Assembly: GCA_963665295.1 (NCBI GenBank)
Contig: OY762209.1
Location: 2,688,001-2,752,000 of the forward strand
DNA: 64,000 nucleotides
Origin: Syntrophorhabdaceae bacterium
GTDB lineage: Bacteria; Desulfobacterota; Syntrophorhabdia; Syntrophorhabdales; Syntrophorhabdaceae
Direction of reading: 5' to 3'
Shown here: piece after piece, positions 29,128-37,720 of the stretch
How positions within the stretch are numbered: the first letter of the stretch is position 1
Layout of the letters: every line of letters starts with the position of its first letter
Notes under the pieces: model-generated
What the model was told of the DNA's origin: nothing
Databases searched by the model: none
Seen by the model: the letters and a program-made list of their open reading frames with translations, nothing else
Program-made: the position numbers and the translations under genes

Positions 29128-30321
29128 TCACCCCTTTTTTATATATCGTTTCCCCATACGGATGAAGCCGTCGAGGGAAGCGAGTATTTTCTCCAGCGGC
29201 ACACAGTAAGCGATTCTGAAATAACCTTTTCTCCCGAATCCCCTGCCGGGCACTACCATTATTCTTTCTTCCTGCTGTAGTGCCTTCACGAAGTCCAGTT
29301 CATCCGGTACGGGTGACCTGGGGAACATGTAAAAGGCGCCGGTGGGTTTCACGCATTCGAACCCCGCCTCTATGAGAGTATTGTAAAGGACATCCCGCTT
29401 CTTCTCGTAATCGGAAATGCTCACTGAAGTCTTCTGAAATCTCCCCACGATCCTTTGGAAAAGGGCGGAGGCATTCACGAACCCGAGGGTCCTGATGGTA
29501 ATCGTCAGGGCGGACACTAAAAGCTGGTACTCCTCGATACGGGGTGAGATGGCGATGTATCCGATCCTTTCGCCCGCGAGGGCCAGGTCCTTGGAATGGG
29601 ACGTGACGGCGAGCACGAGATCATACATATCGAAGATATTGGGAAGGCGGGTGCCGTCATACACAAGCTTCCTGTATGCGTCATCACTCACGATGAAAAT
29701 ATCCTGGCCTTGTTCCCTTTTTTCATTCAAGAGTCTGGACAGTTCCCGCAGGCTTTCCTCATTGTAGACGGCCCCGGTGGGATTGTTTGGGCTGTTGATC
29801 AGCACTACCCTGGTTTTCGGGGTTATGGCGCTTTCAATGCGCCCCACGTCGAGTTGAAAGTCTTCGCCGGTTTCCACAAACCGGGAAACGCCCCCGCAGT
29901 TCTTTACATAATTCTTGAATTCCCAGAAGAAAGGACTCGGTATGATCACCTCGTCACCTCTATTGAGAATGCTCTTGAAGATCATATTGAGGCCGCCCGC
30001 GCACCCTGCGGTCATAAAAACATGGGAGGCGGTGAAAGGGAGACCGCGCTCTTCAGCAAGGTAATCGGCTATCTCGCCACGCACTTCCTCGTACCCGTTA
30101 TTGGACATATATCTGTGCATCCCTGGTGTGGGATCGGCAACTGCGTCGACAAGGGCCCTGTTCAATGCCTCCGGGGGTTCGGTATCGGGGTTCCCGAGAG
30201 AAAAATCATAGACGCTGTCTTCCCCGTAGAGTTTCTTTATCTTGATGCCTTCCTCGAACATCCTTCTTGTCCAGCCTTCCTGGTCCTTGATCAGCCTCTG
30301 AATTTCCTTGGATACAATCAT
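29128..30321 (-). CDS. Class I PLP aminotransferase paralog (probably aromatic amino acid/prephenate related)
   Basis: DFSLGNP, NSPNNPTG, SDDAY, SHSKDLALAGERIGY. GAGGAGG SD before ATG 30321. Confidence 0.92.
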   Translation of the reverse strand: MIVSKEIQRLIKDQEGWTRRMFEEGIKIKKLYGEDSVYDFSLGNPDTEPPEALNRALVDAVADPTPGMHRYMSNNGYEEVRGEIADYLAEERGLPFTASHVFMTAGCAGGLNMIFKSILNRGDEVIIPSPFFWEFKNYVKNCGGVSRFVETGEDFQLDVGRIESAITPKTRVVLINSPNNPTGAVYNEESLRELSRLLNEKREQGQDIFIVSDDAYRKLVYDGTRLPNIFDMYDLVLAVTSHSKDLALAGERIGYIAISPRIEEYQLLVSALTITIRTLGFVNASALFQRIVGRFQKTSVSISDYEKKRDVLYNTLIEAGFECVKPTGAFYMFPRSPVPDELDFVKALQQEERIMVVPGRGFGRKGYFRIAYCVPLEKILASLDGFIRMGKRYIKKG

Positions 30322-30342
30322 TAGTCCTCCTCGGGTACCAAT

Positions 30343-30370
30343 AAAAAAGCCATGGCTCGCTGCCATGGCT
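30343..30370 (-). terminator. Second intrinsic terminator of the attenuator region
   Basis: Minus strand AGCCATGGC-AGCGA-GCCATGGCT-TTTTT. Confidence 0.8.
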
Positions 30371-30378
30371 CGAAGACG

Positions 30379-30416
30379 AAAAAAAAGCCATGGGCCTTTT
30401 GCACCCATGGCTTTTT
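30379..30416 (-). terminator. Attenuator terminator hairpin
   Basis: Minus strand AAAAAGCCATGGGT-GCAAAAG-GCCCATGGC-TTTTTTTT. Confidence 0.88.
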
Positions 30417-30423
30417 GCTTATC

Positions 30424-30498
30424 TCAAAGCAAAAAAATGCCGGGGTGCAAGTTCCTAAAGTAGTAGTAAAAACCAAACACCGCCGTTTTCCGTTCCAT
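30424..30498 (-). CDS. Phe/Tyr-rich attenuator leader peptide MERKTAVFGFYYYFRNLHPGIFLL
   Basis: 24-codon ORF with an F-G-F-Y-Y-Y-F control run. Its 3' part can pair with the 5' arm of the downstream terminator. Confidence 0.85.
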   Translation of the reverse strand: MERKTAVFGFYYYFRNLHPGIFLL

Positions 30499-30505
30499 AG
30501 GTAAA

Positions 30506-30534
30506 ATTTTACTGGAAAACCAGCCGCCTGTCAA
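30506..30534 (-). promoter_or_regulatory. Sigma70 promoter of the leader/aminotransferase operon
   Basis: Minus strand TTGACA-17 nt-TAAAAT, 7 nt upstream of the leader ATG. Confidence 0.85.
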
Positions 30535-32158
30535 GGGAAAAGGGAACCGACGAAACCGGCACAAAACCGGAATATTACATTTGACGTAGCCACAAAGGAA
30601 CGTGTAGAATGAAATATTCATTACATACAGAACTGGATGACAGTTTTATAATACATATTGCCGGTGGTTTAGGGGGGGTGATGCCGTGAGCGAAGATTCT
30701 CAGTACCTTCTCAAGAACGTCATAGAACAGACCAGGCAGTCAGATTATCCATCGCTCAAACAGGATAAATATTTTGAATTATTTTCGGCCCAACAAGTCC
30801 TGAAAAAATGCCGCTTTAATCCCGATTCTCCGGAAATAGAATCAGGGAATATTGGTGGGGATGGAGATGGCGGTGTTGATGGGTTCTATCTCTTTGTTAA
30901 TAGGAAATTCGTTCGCGAAGATACGGACCCGTCGATATTCAAAGATCAACAGATAAGCGTGGAGATAGTCATTGTTCAAGCAAAGAACACTGCATCTTTT
31001 GAAGAAGCAGTTCCAACAAAACTTAAAGATTTCACTGAACATTGCCTTCGCTTAAATGCGGACATAGAGGAAGCTCAGCGGTCATTACTCTACAACGATA
31101 GCCTGCTCACGCTCGTCAAGAAATTCCATGACATCTACAGGCCAGCGATATCTTTGCGGCCAAAACTAAGCATACGATTCTTTCATGTAAGCCTTGCGGA
31201 CACCGTTGATCAAAAGGTTAAAGCGCGAGCAGATTTGCTAATACAAAAGGCGAAGGAATATTTTCCGGTTTCAGAGGTAGCTTATGAGTTCATCGGTGGT
31301 AGTCTCTTGCTCAGTCTATATCATCAGCAACCGGAGAGAAGGTTATCTTTACCCACATCAAGGTATTTTGATTGGCCGTCATTCGGCAAAACGGCCTATT
31401 TGTGTGTCGTCAAGCTACCGGACTACTATGGCTTTATAGCTGAAGAGGGTTCCATCCGAGAATATATGTTTGAGGCTAATGTCAGAGATCATGCGCCAGA
31501 CGTCAAAGTAAATAAGGGAATTAGGGCCACGCTTACGGCACCGGAAAATGACGATTTTTGGTGGCTCAACAATGGAATTACCGTTCTAGCATCCGACGTT
31601 TCTTATAATGACGGGGCACTCGCAATTACAGACCCAATGATTGTCAATGGCTTACAGACGTCATATGAATTATTTAAGCATTTTTCAACTGGGGGCGCGT
31701 TGAATGATGGGCGTAGTCTTATGGTAAAAGTAATAAAGACTACCGAAGAAGAAACGTCTGACCGCATTATAAGGGCCACAAACAGTCAAACAAAGATAGA
31801 ATCTATAAACCTTCACGCCACTGAAGAAATTCACAGAAAAATTGAAACCGCATTAAAGACAGTTGATCTATTCTATGACAGAAGGAAGAATTTTTATCGA
31901 AACAAAGGCATTGCAGCCACCAAGATAATAACGATTGGATATATGGCTCAGGCCGTTGCAGCCATTGCATTGCAGCAGCCAGACCATGCTCGCGCTCGCC
32001 CCACAACTGTGGCCCAAAAGAGTTACAAAGCTTTGTTTTCCGAAGAATATCCAATCTTGTTATATGCTAAATGCGCCCAAATAATGAAACGCGTTGACGG
32101 TTATTTGGACGAAAAAGGTCTTCCCCAAGGGGCAAAGCTAAATATGGTATTCTATCTA

Positions 32159-33378
32159 GTGTCACGTCACTCCTCTAATGTCGGATAAAGCCGTCTGAGT
32201 TTTATTCGCGCATCCTTCGTGGTGAATTGCCAGTTTACTTTTGCCCGGAGATTATCCCTACGGGCTTGCCAGGCAGCAACTTCGGAGCGGACCTTGGCAA
32301 TACTGTCGATCCGGCGGTCGAGGCATTGGTGAATGAGCACATTGAGTTCAATCTCCGCCATATTGAGCCAGCTTCCGTGTTTGGGTGTGTAGACGAAGTC
32401 AAAGCGGTCCCAGATGCGCTTCGCTTCCTCGGGTGGAAAGGCTTCATAGAGGGAGCCGGGTTTGTGGGTGTTCAGGTTGTCCATGACGAGAGTGATCTTC
32501 TCGGCATCTTGATAACTGGAGACAATATCCCGGACGAATTCCGCCCAGTCGCACTTTGTTCTTCTCTCCGATACGTTCGTGAGACGGGTTCCCGCTAATG
32601 GCTCGTTGGCCATAAATATGGTGCAGACACCGCAGCGCTCATACTCGTAGTCATGACGTTCAAGGCGTCCGGGAGTTTGAGGAATGGGGGTACGGGTTTC
32701 TTTAATCAACTGCCGTGGCGTCTCATCCATGCAGACTACCGGGAACTTTGGATCATACGGACGTTTATACACATCGAGCACACATTCCATGGCGGCGACA
32801 AAATCAGCATTGGCCTCCGGAGGGATGACCCACCCCTCTTGCTTCCAGGGTTTTGTTTCGTTTTTTTAAAACCCGACGCACGGTCTCATAGGATATGTTC
32901 CCGATATAATTGAGTGTCACCATTCGGTCTGCAAGCAACCGTAAAGTCCATCGGGCATACCCCTCGGGCGGTTCACTGCAGCTTAAGGCAATGAGATGGG
33001 CCTCGAAGTCGCCGTCGGCCTTCTTCTCGTAGACCCGGTCGGCCTTATGTCCGGTGAGGGCGGTATCAAGTCCTTCTTCCACGAACCGCTTCTTCACCCT
33101 GTCGATCTTCCGCATGCTGATCCTCAAGACGGCCGATATATCCTCATTCTTCATCCGATGATCCTGAAACCGGCCCTCGTCGCAATTCAAAAGGATCAAT
33201 GCATTAAGCACCTTCTGGGACTTATGATTGCCTTTCAGCACCACGCGTTCTAACTCCCTTCGCTCTTCTTGTTCGAGCGTCACCTTGTATTTCCTCATTC
33301 GGACCTCCCCATGGCTGAATGTTTGCCTTGGGGAGATTTTATACTATATCATACGACAATACAAGTGTGACGTGACAC
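32159..33378 (-). mobile_element. IS630-family insertion sequence
   Basis: Perfect 12-bp terminal inverted repeats GTGTCACGTCAC / GTGACGTGACAC, flanked by duplicated TA within a CTAG target. Confidence 0.93.
32167..33298 (-). CDS. IS630 transposase encoded by two ORFs joined by a -1 frameshift
   Basis: HTH ORF 32804-33298 (WTLRLLA) and DDE ORF (CMDE, VMDNLNTH, TPKHGSWLNMAEIE). T-TTA-AAA-AAA-C slippery run at about 32861-32870 gives VLKKNETKPW. Confidence 0.9.
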
Positions 33379-33642
33379 TAGCCATGTACGCAACTTGTGC
33401 CGCACTTGGATCTGTTAAGCCCAACAGAAAGAGAATAGCTGGCATTGACGCCTCCCTCTTAACCGATATTCTATTGGATATGTGTTATAAGTGGCTCCGG
33501 GCAAAGTTTGAGGAACTTGGCGGAAACGACCAGACGGCTAAAGGGCCTACGCTAGCCATGGCACTGAGACAACACATTATTGAAGAGTACGGAGTGAAGA
33601 AGAGCGCAGAAGAGAAAAGACTAAAACAACCCGATTTAGATT

Positions 33643-33789
33643 CTATTTCTTAAAAATCTTTGAACATGCCTTCTCAAACTTTTCGTCTGCATCCTCCGAC
33701 TGCACAACTTTCGCAGTCTCCAAAAAGCGTGCAGACTGTTCCTTGTTGTCCGGCTTCGGACCCTTTTCTTTTCCAAGGTTTCTTTTTAT
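33643..33789 (-). pseudogene. Small accessory ORF downstream of the IS1595 transposase, with ATA in place of a start codon
   Basis: GAGGAGG SD, then ATA-KRNLGKEKGPKPDNKEQSARFLETAKVVQSEDADEKFEKACSKIFKK*. Confidence 0.5.
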
Positions 33790-33800
33790 GGTCGCCCTCC

Positions 33801-34032
33801 TCAGTGAGTCGTTTCATACGTAAGGCGCTTGCCCACAAAGCCCATCAAGCACTGTTCCGCACGTGGTTCATCGTCAACGCATAGCACTTATAAGTGCTAT
33901 GCGTGTGCTCTTACCTTACATCTTGCTTATACGCTTAGTCTCGCCGCAATGAGGCCATATCCGGGCTTCGACAAATTCATAAGCAGCATCTTCATTGTGG
34001 AAGCAAGGGGAGGATATAATTGAATCGCTCAT
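33801..34032 (-). pseudogene. IS1595-family transposase remnant (N- and C-termini only)
   Basis: MSDSIISSPCFHNEDAAYEFVEARIWP-HCGETKRISKM*GKSTRI..YKCYA fused to VDDEPRAEQCLMGFVGKRLTYETTH*. Zn-ribbon start and GKRLTY end are retained; the DDE core is deleted. Confidence 0.85.
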
Positions 34033-34107
34033 CGTTCTATCTCCTTTCTAGCGCTAAGTATAGAACAAATGTTTGGGTAGTAAAGTATAATATTCCGCAC
34101 AAAACGG

Positions 34108-34136
34108 TTGACAGGTTTCGGGTTGGCTGGTATACA
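34108..34136 (+). promoter_or_regulatory. Sigma70-like promoter upstream of the DUF948-ytxH pair
   Basis: TTGACA-17 nt-TATACA. Confidence 0.6.
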
Positions 34137-34291
34137 GAAAGTGCAGTCGTGCCGTTGCCGGGCGACATCGGAACTTTTACGCGGGTTGGGCGGAATCCGT
34201 TGAAAAGGAGAATGGGAATGTTTATAGTAATCAATGGCGGTTGGTGCGGGAGAGTGGCGTTGTCCCGTCTCCCCGGTGTGAAGGAGGCAGA

Positions 34292-34684
34292 ATGAGCGAT
34301 ATTTTCCTCGGCATTATAACCTTCGTGGTTATAGTAGTAGCGATCGTTTTTATTCGTGTCCTGATGGAATTGCGACAGGGACTGAAGACGGTCAGGGAAT
34401 CTGCGCAAAAGACGGAAGAACTGCTGGTGCCCGTGCTTCAGGAACTTCAGACATCTCTCCGGAGTCTGCGGCAGACTACGGACGACATGGATGCGGTGGT
34501 GGAAGATGTGAGGGTCCTTTCAGGCTCCATGAGACAGTTCGGCGAGAATGTGAAGCGAATAAGCGATGTGGTGAGGGTCGTGTCCGAATCGACGGCGTTA
34601 AACGTGACAGGTCTCGGGGTGGCGGTGAAGGCTGCTTCTACGCACCTGTTGAAAAACTTTCTCAAGAAAAAGAAAACTTATTAA
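34292..34684 (+). CDS. DUF948/YoxC-like membrane-anchored coiled-coil protein
   Basis: AAGGAGG SD, N-terminal TM helix, coiled coil, followed by a YtxH-domain gene. Confidence 0.78.
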   Translation: MSDIFLGIITFVVIVVAIVFIRVLMELRQGLKTVRESAQKTEELLVPVLQELQTSLRSLRQTTDDMDAVVEDVRVLSGSMRQFGENVKRISDVVRVVSESTALNVTGLGVAVKAASTHLLKNFLKKKKTY

Positions 34685-34695
34685 GGAGGCGTGAC

Positions 34696-35010
34696 ATGGC
34701 ATTAAACGAAAACAATGGTTTTGGCGCAGGTTCCCTTATTCTGTCATTCTTTGCAGGCGGTCTGGTGGGCGCGGGAGTCGCTTTGCTCGTGGCCCCGAAA
34801 TCGGGTAAGGAAACCCGGGAGCAACTCATGGAGATAGCGGACGACTTCAGGGGCAAGGCTGAAGGCTATATAGAAGAGATGAAGGAACAGGTATCCACTG
34901 TGGTAGAGAAAGGGAAAGACATACTGGAAGAACAGAAATCCATCCTCGTTTCAGCGGTAGAAGCGGGAAAAGAGGCCTTCGAGAAAGAGAAAGAAAAGCT
35001 TGTAAAGTAA
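34696..35010 (+). CDS. YtxH domain-containing protein
   Basis: FFAGGLVGAGVALLVAPKSGKETRE. Confidence 0.92.
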   Translation: MALNENNGFGAGSLILSFFAGGLVGAGVALLVAPKSGKETREQLMEIADDFRGKAEGYIEEMKEQVSTVVEKGKDILEEQKSILVSAVEAGKEAFEKEKEKLVK

Positions 35011-35268
35011 GGGAGCACCGGGGTACTATATGACCGGTACATGAATAGTTGAAGTGCGTCGCGGGCCCGGCGCGTAGCGCTCTCAAGGGGCTACGCGGCG
35101 GTTCTCCGGGACATAGGTTCACGAGCACTTGCCCGGGCGGGTTTGTTGTCCGGAGCGGCGCGAGGCTTACCGGGCCTTCGGGAACGGGATCACACAGGTC
35201 TGTATAGAACAGGGGGGAGTCACCCCTGATGGGGGTTTGTCGAAGAGTGTCCTTTTACTTTTTATATA

Positions 35269-36330
35269 ATGCCGGCTAACAAATTTTCCACCTTTGCCCT
35301 CCTTCTGGTCGCGGCGCTCCTCGGATACCTGACTTACCAGATCCTTATGCCTTTTGTGTCTGCCATCGTGTGGGCCATCGTCCTGTCCATAATCTTTTAT
35401 CCCCTCTATGTACAATTTCTGAAGTATGTCAAACTGAGGTCCGTGGCATCGCTCCTCTGTCTTCTTGTGATCCTTGTAGTCCTCCTCGGTCCCTTCGCGT
35501 ACCTGTCCTACGTTCTTACCCAGGAGATTATGAGCCTCTCCGCGTACCTCCGGGATGCCCCGACGGACCCGGTGAGCAGTATCCTGCAGCATCCGGTGGT
35601 GAGTAAGGTCGTATACAGGGTTCTTACCGTGTTCCATATGACCGAGCAGGAGTTTGCCCGAACGGTGGCGGAGAACATCTCGGAGTTGGGAAAGCAGTCG
35701 GTAGGCATAATCAGGAGCGGACTGGGGAATGTGGTCGCCACAGTGGCCAATTTTATTTTCATGATGCTTTCCATCTTCTTCTTCCTTGCGGACGGGCCGG
35801 AACTTCTGGAAAAGTTCAGCACTTTCGGACCCTTCTCGAAGAGGCAGAGGGAGAGGCTGAGCAGGCAGACACGGGATATAGTCGTGTCCACCATCTACGG
35901 AGGGGTGACGATCGCGGTCATCCAGGGATTGATGGGCGGGATCGCCTTTTCCATCCTGGCCATATCGTCCCCTGTCATGTGGGGAGTGGCCATGGCCATT
36001 TCGTCTTTTATCCCCCTTGTGGGCACCTTCGTGGTGTGGGGTCCTGCAGTGGTGTACCTCGCCATGCAGGGATTTTTCTGGAAGGCAGTGGCGCTCTTCA
36101 TAATAGGGGTAGCCGGGATAAGTTCGGTAGACAGCTTCCTTCGGCCCCTGATCATACGGGGCAGGTTGAAACTGCCGACCCTTGCCATCTTTTTCAGCAT
36201 TCTCGGAGGGATCAAGGTTTTCGGCTTCGTCGGTTTTATCATGGGGCCCCTCGTGCTTGCCCTTTTTATCTCGGTTCTCGAAATATTGAGATACGTGGCA
36301 GAAGAAGCCTCCGGTCAGACCCACCAGTAA
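35269..36330 (+). CDS. AI-2E family transporter
   Basis: Multi-TM; FFFLADG, SFIPLVG, LRPLII, GFIMGPL. Confidence 0.92.
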   Translation: MPANKFSTFALLLVAALLGYLTYQILMPFVSAIVWAIVLSIIFYPLYVQFLKYVKLRSVASLLCLLVILVVLLGPFAYLSYVLTQEIMSLSAYLRDAPTDPVSSILQHPVVSKVVYRVLTVFHMTEQEFARTVAENISELGKQSVGIIRSGLGNVVATVANFIFMMLSIFFFLADGPELLEKFSTFGPFSKRQRERLSRQTRDIVVSTIYGGVTIAVIQGLMGGIAFSILAISSPVMWGVAMAISSFIPLVGTFVVWGPAVVYLAMQGFFWKAVALFIIGVAGISSVDSFLRPLIIRGRLKLPTLAIFFSILGGIKVFGFVGFIMGPLVLALFISVLEILRYVAEEASGQTHQ

Positions 36331-36333
36331 CGG

Positions 36334-37020
36334 TCAGATGAGCGTTCTTTTTCCGGAGGCCACGGCAACAAGGGCGTCTCTGTCGAGGAGCGTGATCTTC
36401 CGGCCCTGGACCTCTATGACGCCTTCCGTTACCATCTTGCCGAGAATGCGGGAAAGGGTTTCCGGTATGGTGCCGAGGAGGCTTGCCAACTGGCCTTTTG
36501 TAATGGTGAGCTGCACATAATCCCTGTCGCGGTCCTCGCTTCCGTAGAGGAGGTAGGAGGCAAACCTCTGGGGCACCTCTTTCAGGGAGAGGTCTTCGAT
36601 GAGGAGGGTGAAGGATCTGAGCCTCTTGGACAATATGGCAAGCATATTCATGGCAAGGTAGGGGTCTTTTGTGATGAGATTGACGAAGGCCGTCCGCGGA
36701 AAAATGACCGCTTTGCTTTCCTCCAGCGCCTCGGCGTAAGCGGGAAAGGTAGTGCCCAGAAACACAGCCACCTCGCCGAAGGGCTCACCGGGTCCTATGA
36801 GGTGGAGTATCTGCTCCTTACCCTCCATGGAGAGTTTGAAGATCTTCACATGGCCCACGAAGAGTATGTAGAGTCCGTCGGCAAAGTCCCCTTCCGAAAA
36901 GATAAGCTCACCCCTTTTATATGTACGGGTTTCGGCGATGCCCGAGAGTTCTTCGATCTGAGCCGCGGGAAGTCCCTTGAAGAGAGTGACGTTCGAAATG
37001 AAGTTGACCATCTTTGCCAT
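36334..37020 (-). CDS. Crp/Fnr family transcriptional regulator (HcpR-like)
   Basis: IFSEGD, GKEQIL, FGEVAVF, HTH LASLLGTIPETLSR. Confidence 0.93.
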   Translation of the reverse strand: MAKMVNFISNVTLFKGLPAAQIEELSGIAETRTYKRGELIFSEGDFADGLYILFVGHVKIFKLSMEGKEQILHLIGPGEPFGEVAVFLGTTFPAYAEALEESKAVIFPRTAFVNLITKDPYLAMNMLAILSKRLRSFTLLIEDLSLKEVPQRFASYLLYGSEDRDRDYVQLTITKGQLASLLGTIPETLSRILGKMVTEGVIEVQGRKITLLDRDALVAVASGKRTLI

Positions 37021-37185
37021 AAGCGCTCCTGCGGGAAGTCCCCGTGTTCCCATTGTAATCCAAAAGCCCCGCAAATGGAAGAAGCGAAAATCCACATGAA
37101 CAGAAAGTAGAGAACAAACGCTGATTTTCTAGAAAAGGACGGGGTTTTCATGTATATTAAGGCGAATTCATATCAAGGAGATGAC

Positions 37186-37686
37186 ATGACGAAACCTAAG
37201 GTGCTTATCCTTATCGGCAGCGACAGTGACCTTCCGGTTGTGGGGGAGGCTGCGAGGCTATTGAAGGAGAACGGAGTGGAAGTGACCCTCGATGTATCTT
37301 CCGCCCACAGGAACCCCGAGAAGACCGTTGCCTATGCGAAGGGTGCACGGGCTGAAGGTTTCGAGGTGATTATTGCCGCAGCGGGCCTCGCGGCCCACCT
37401 GCCTGGTGTTATCGCGTCCCATACCACGCTGCCCGTTATCGGCATCCCCATGAGTGGCGGCGCCTTGAATGGGGTGGATGCCGTTCTTTCCATACTTCAG
37501 ATGCCGGCAGGGGTGCCCGTGGCTACCGTGGGCATCAATGCCGCGCGTAATGCCGCAATTCTCGCGTGCGAAATACTCTCCATAAAGTATGAGACGGTGC
37601 GGGAAAAACTGGAAGAAATGAAGATATCCATGAAGAGGGAAAATGACGAGAAATCCGCCCGGCTTAAAGATCATTTCAAGGATTGA
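37186..37686 (+). CDS. purE: N5-carboxyaminoimidazole ribonucleotide mutase
   Basis: GSDSD, SAHR, AGLAAHLPG, QMPAGVPVATV. Confidence 0.97.
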   Translation: MTKPKVLILIGSDSDLPVVGEAARLLKENGVEVTLDVSSAHRNPEKTVAYAKGARAEGFEVIIAAAGLAAHLPGVIASHTTLPVIGIPMSGGALNGVDAVLSILQMPAGVPVATVGINAARNAAILACEILSIKYETVREKLEEMKISMKRENDEKSARLKDHFKD

Positions 37687-37720
37687 CAACCCTTCCCGCT
37701 TCTGGTAAGGTTTTCATCAC

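Larger units (their letters stand above)
30686..33653 (+). pseudogene. AIPR-family (abortive infection phage resistance) protein interrupted by IS630
   Basis: GDGGVDG, QAK, FEANVRD, FWWLNNGIT, IVNGLQTS, ATNSQT, FYDRRKN. Removing the IS restores ...NMVFYL|AMYATCAALG... to stop 33653. Confidence 0.88.
30568..34097 (-). mobile_element. Non-autonomous IS1595-family transposon carrying an AIPR passenger gene
   Basis: Terminal inverted repeats CGGAATATTACATTTGAC / CGGAATATTATACTTTAC (15/18). Direct repeat CACAAAAC at 30560-30567 and 34098-34105. Transposase remnant inside; AT-richer than flanks. Confidence 0.88.

Noticed and set aside
30322..30408. N-terminal extension of the aminotransferase to 30408 in the ORF track
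   Set aside because: It runs through the terminator hairpins; a strong GAGGAGG SD supports ATG 30321.
30499..30621. 65-aa version of the leader ORF (30424-30621)
   Set aside because: It crosses the promoter and the transposon end; only the last 24 codons are downstream of the promoter.
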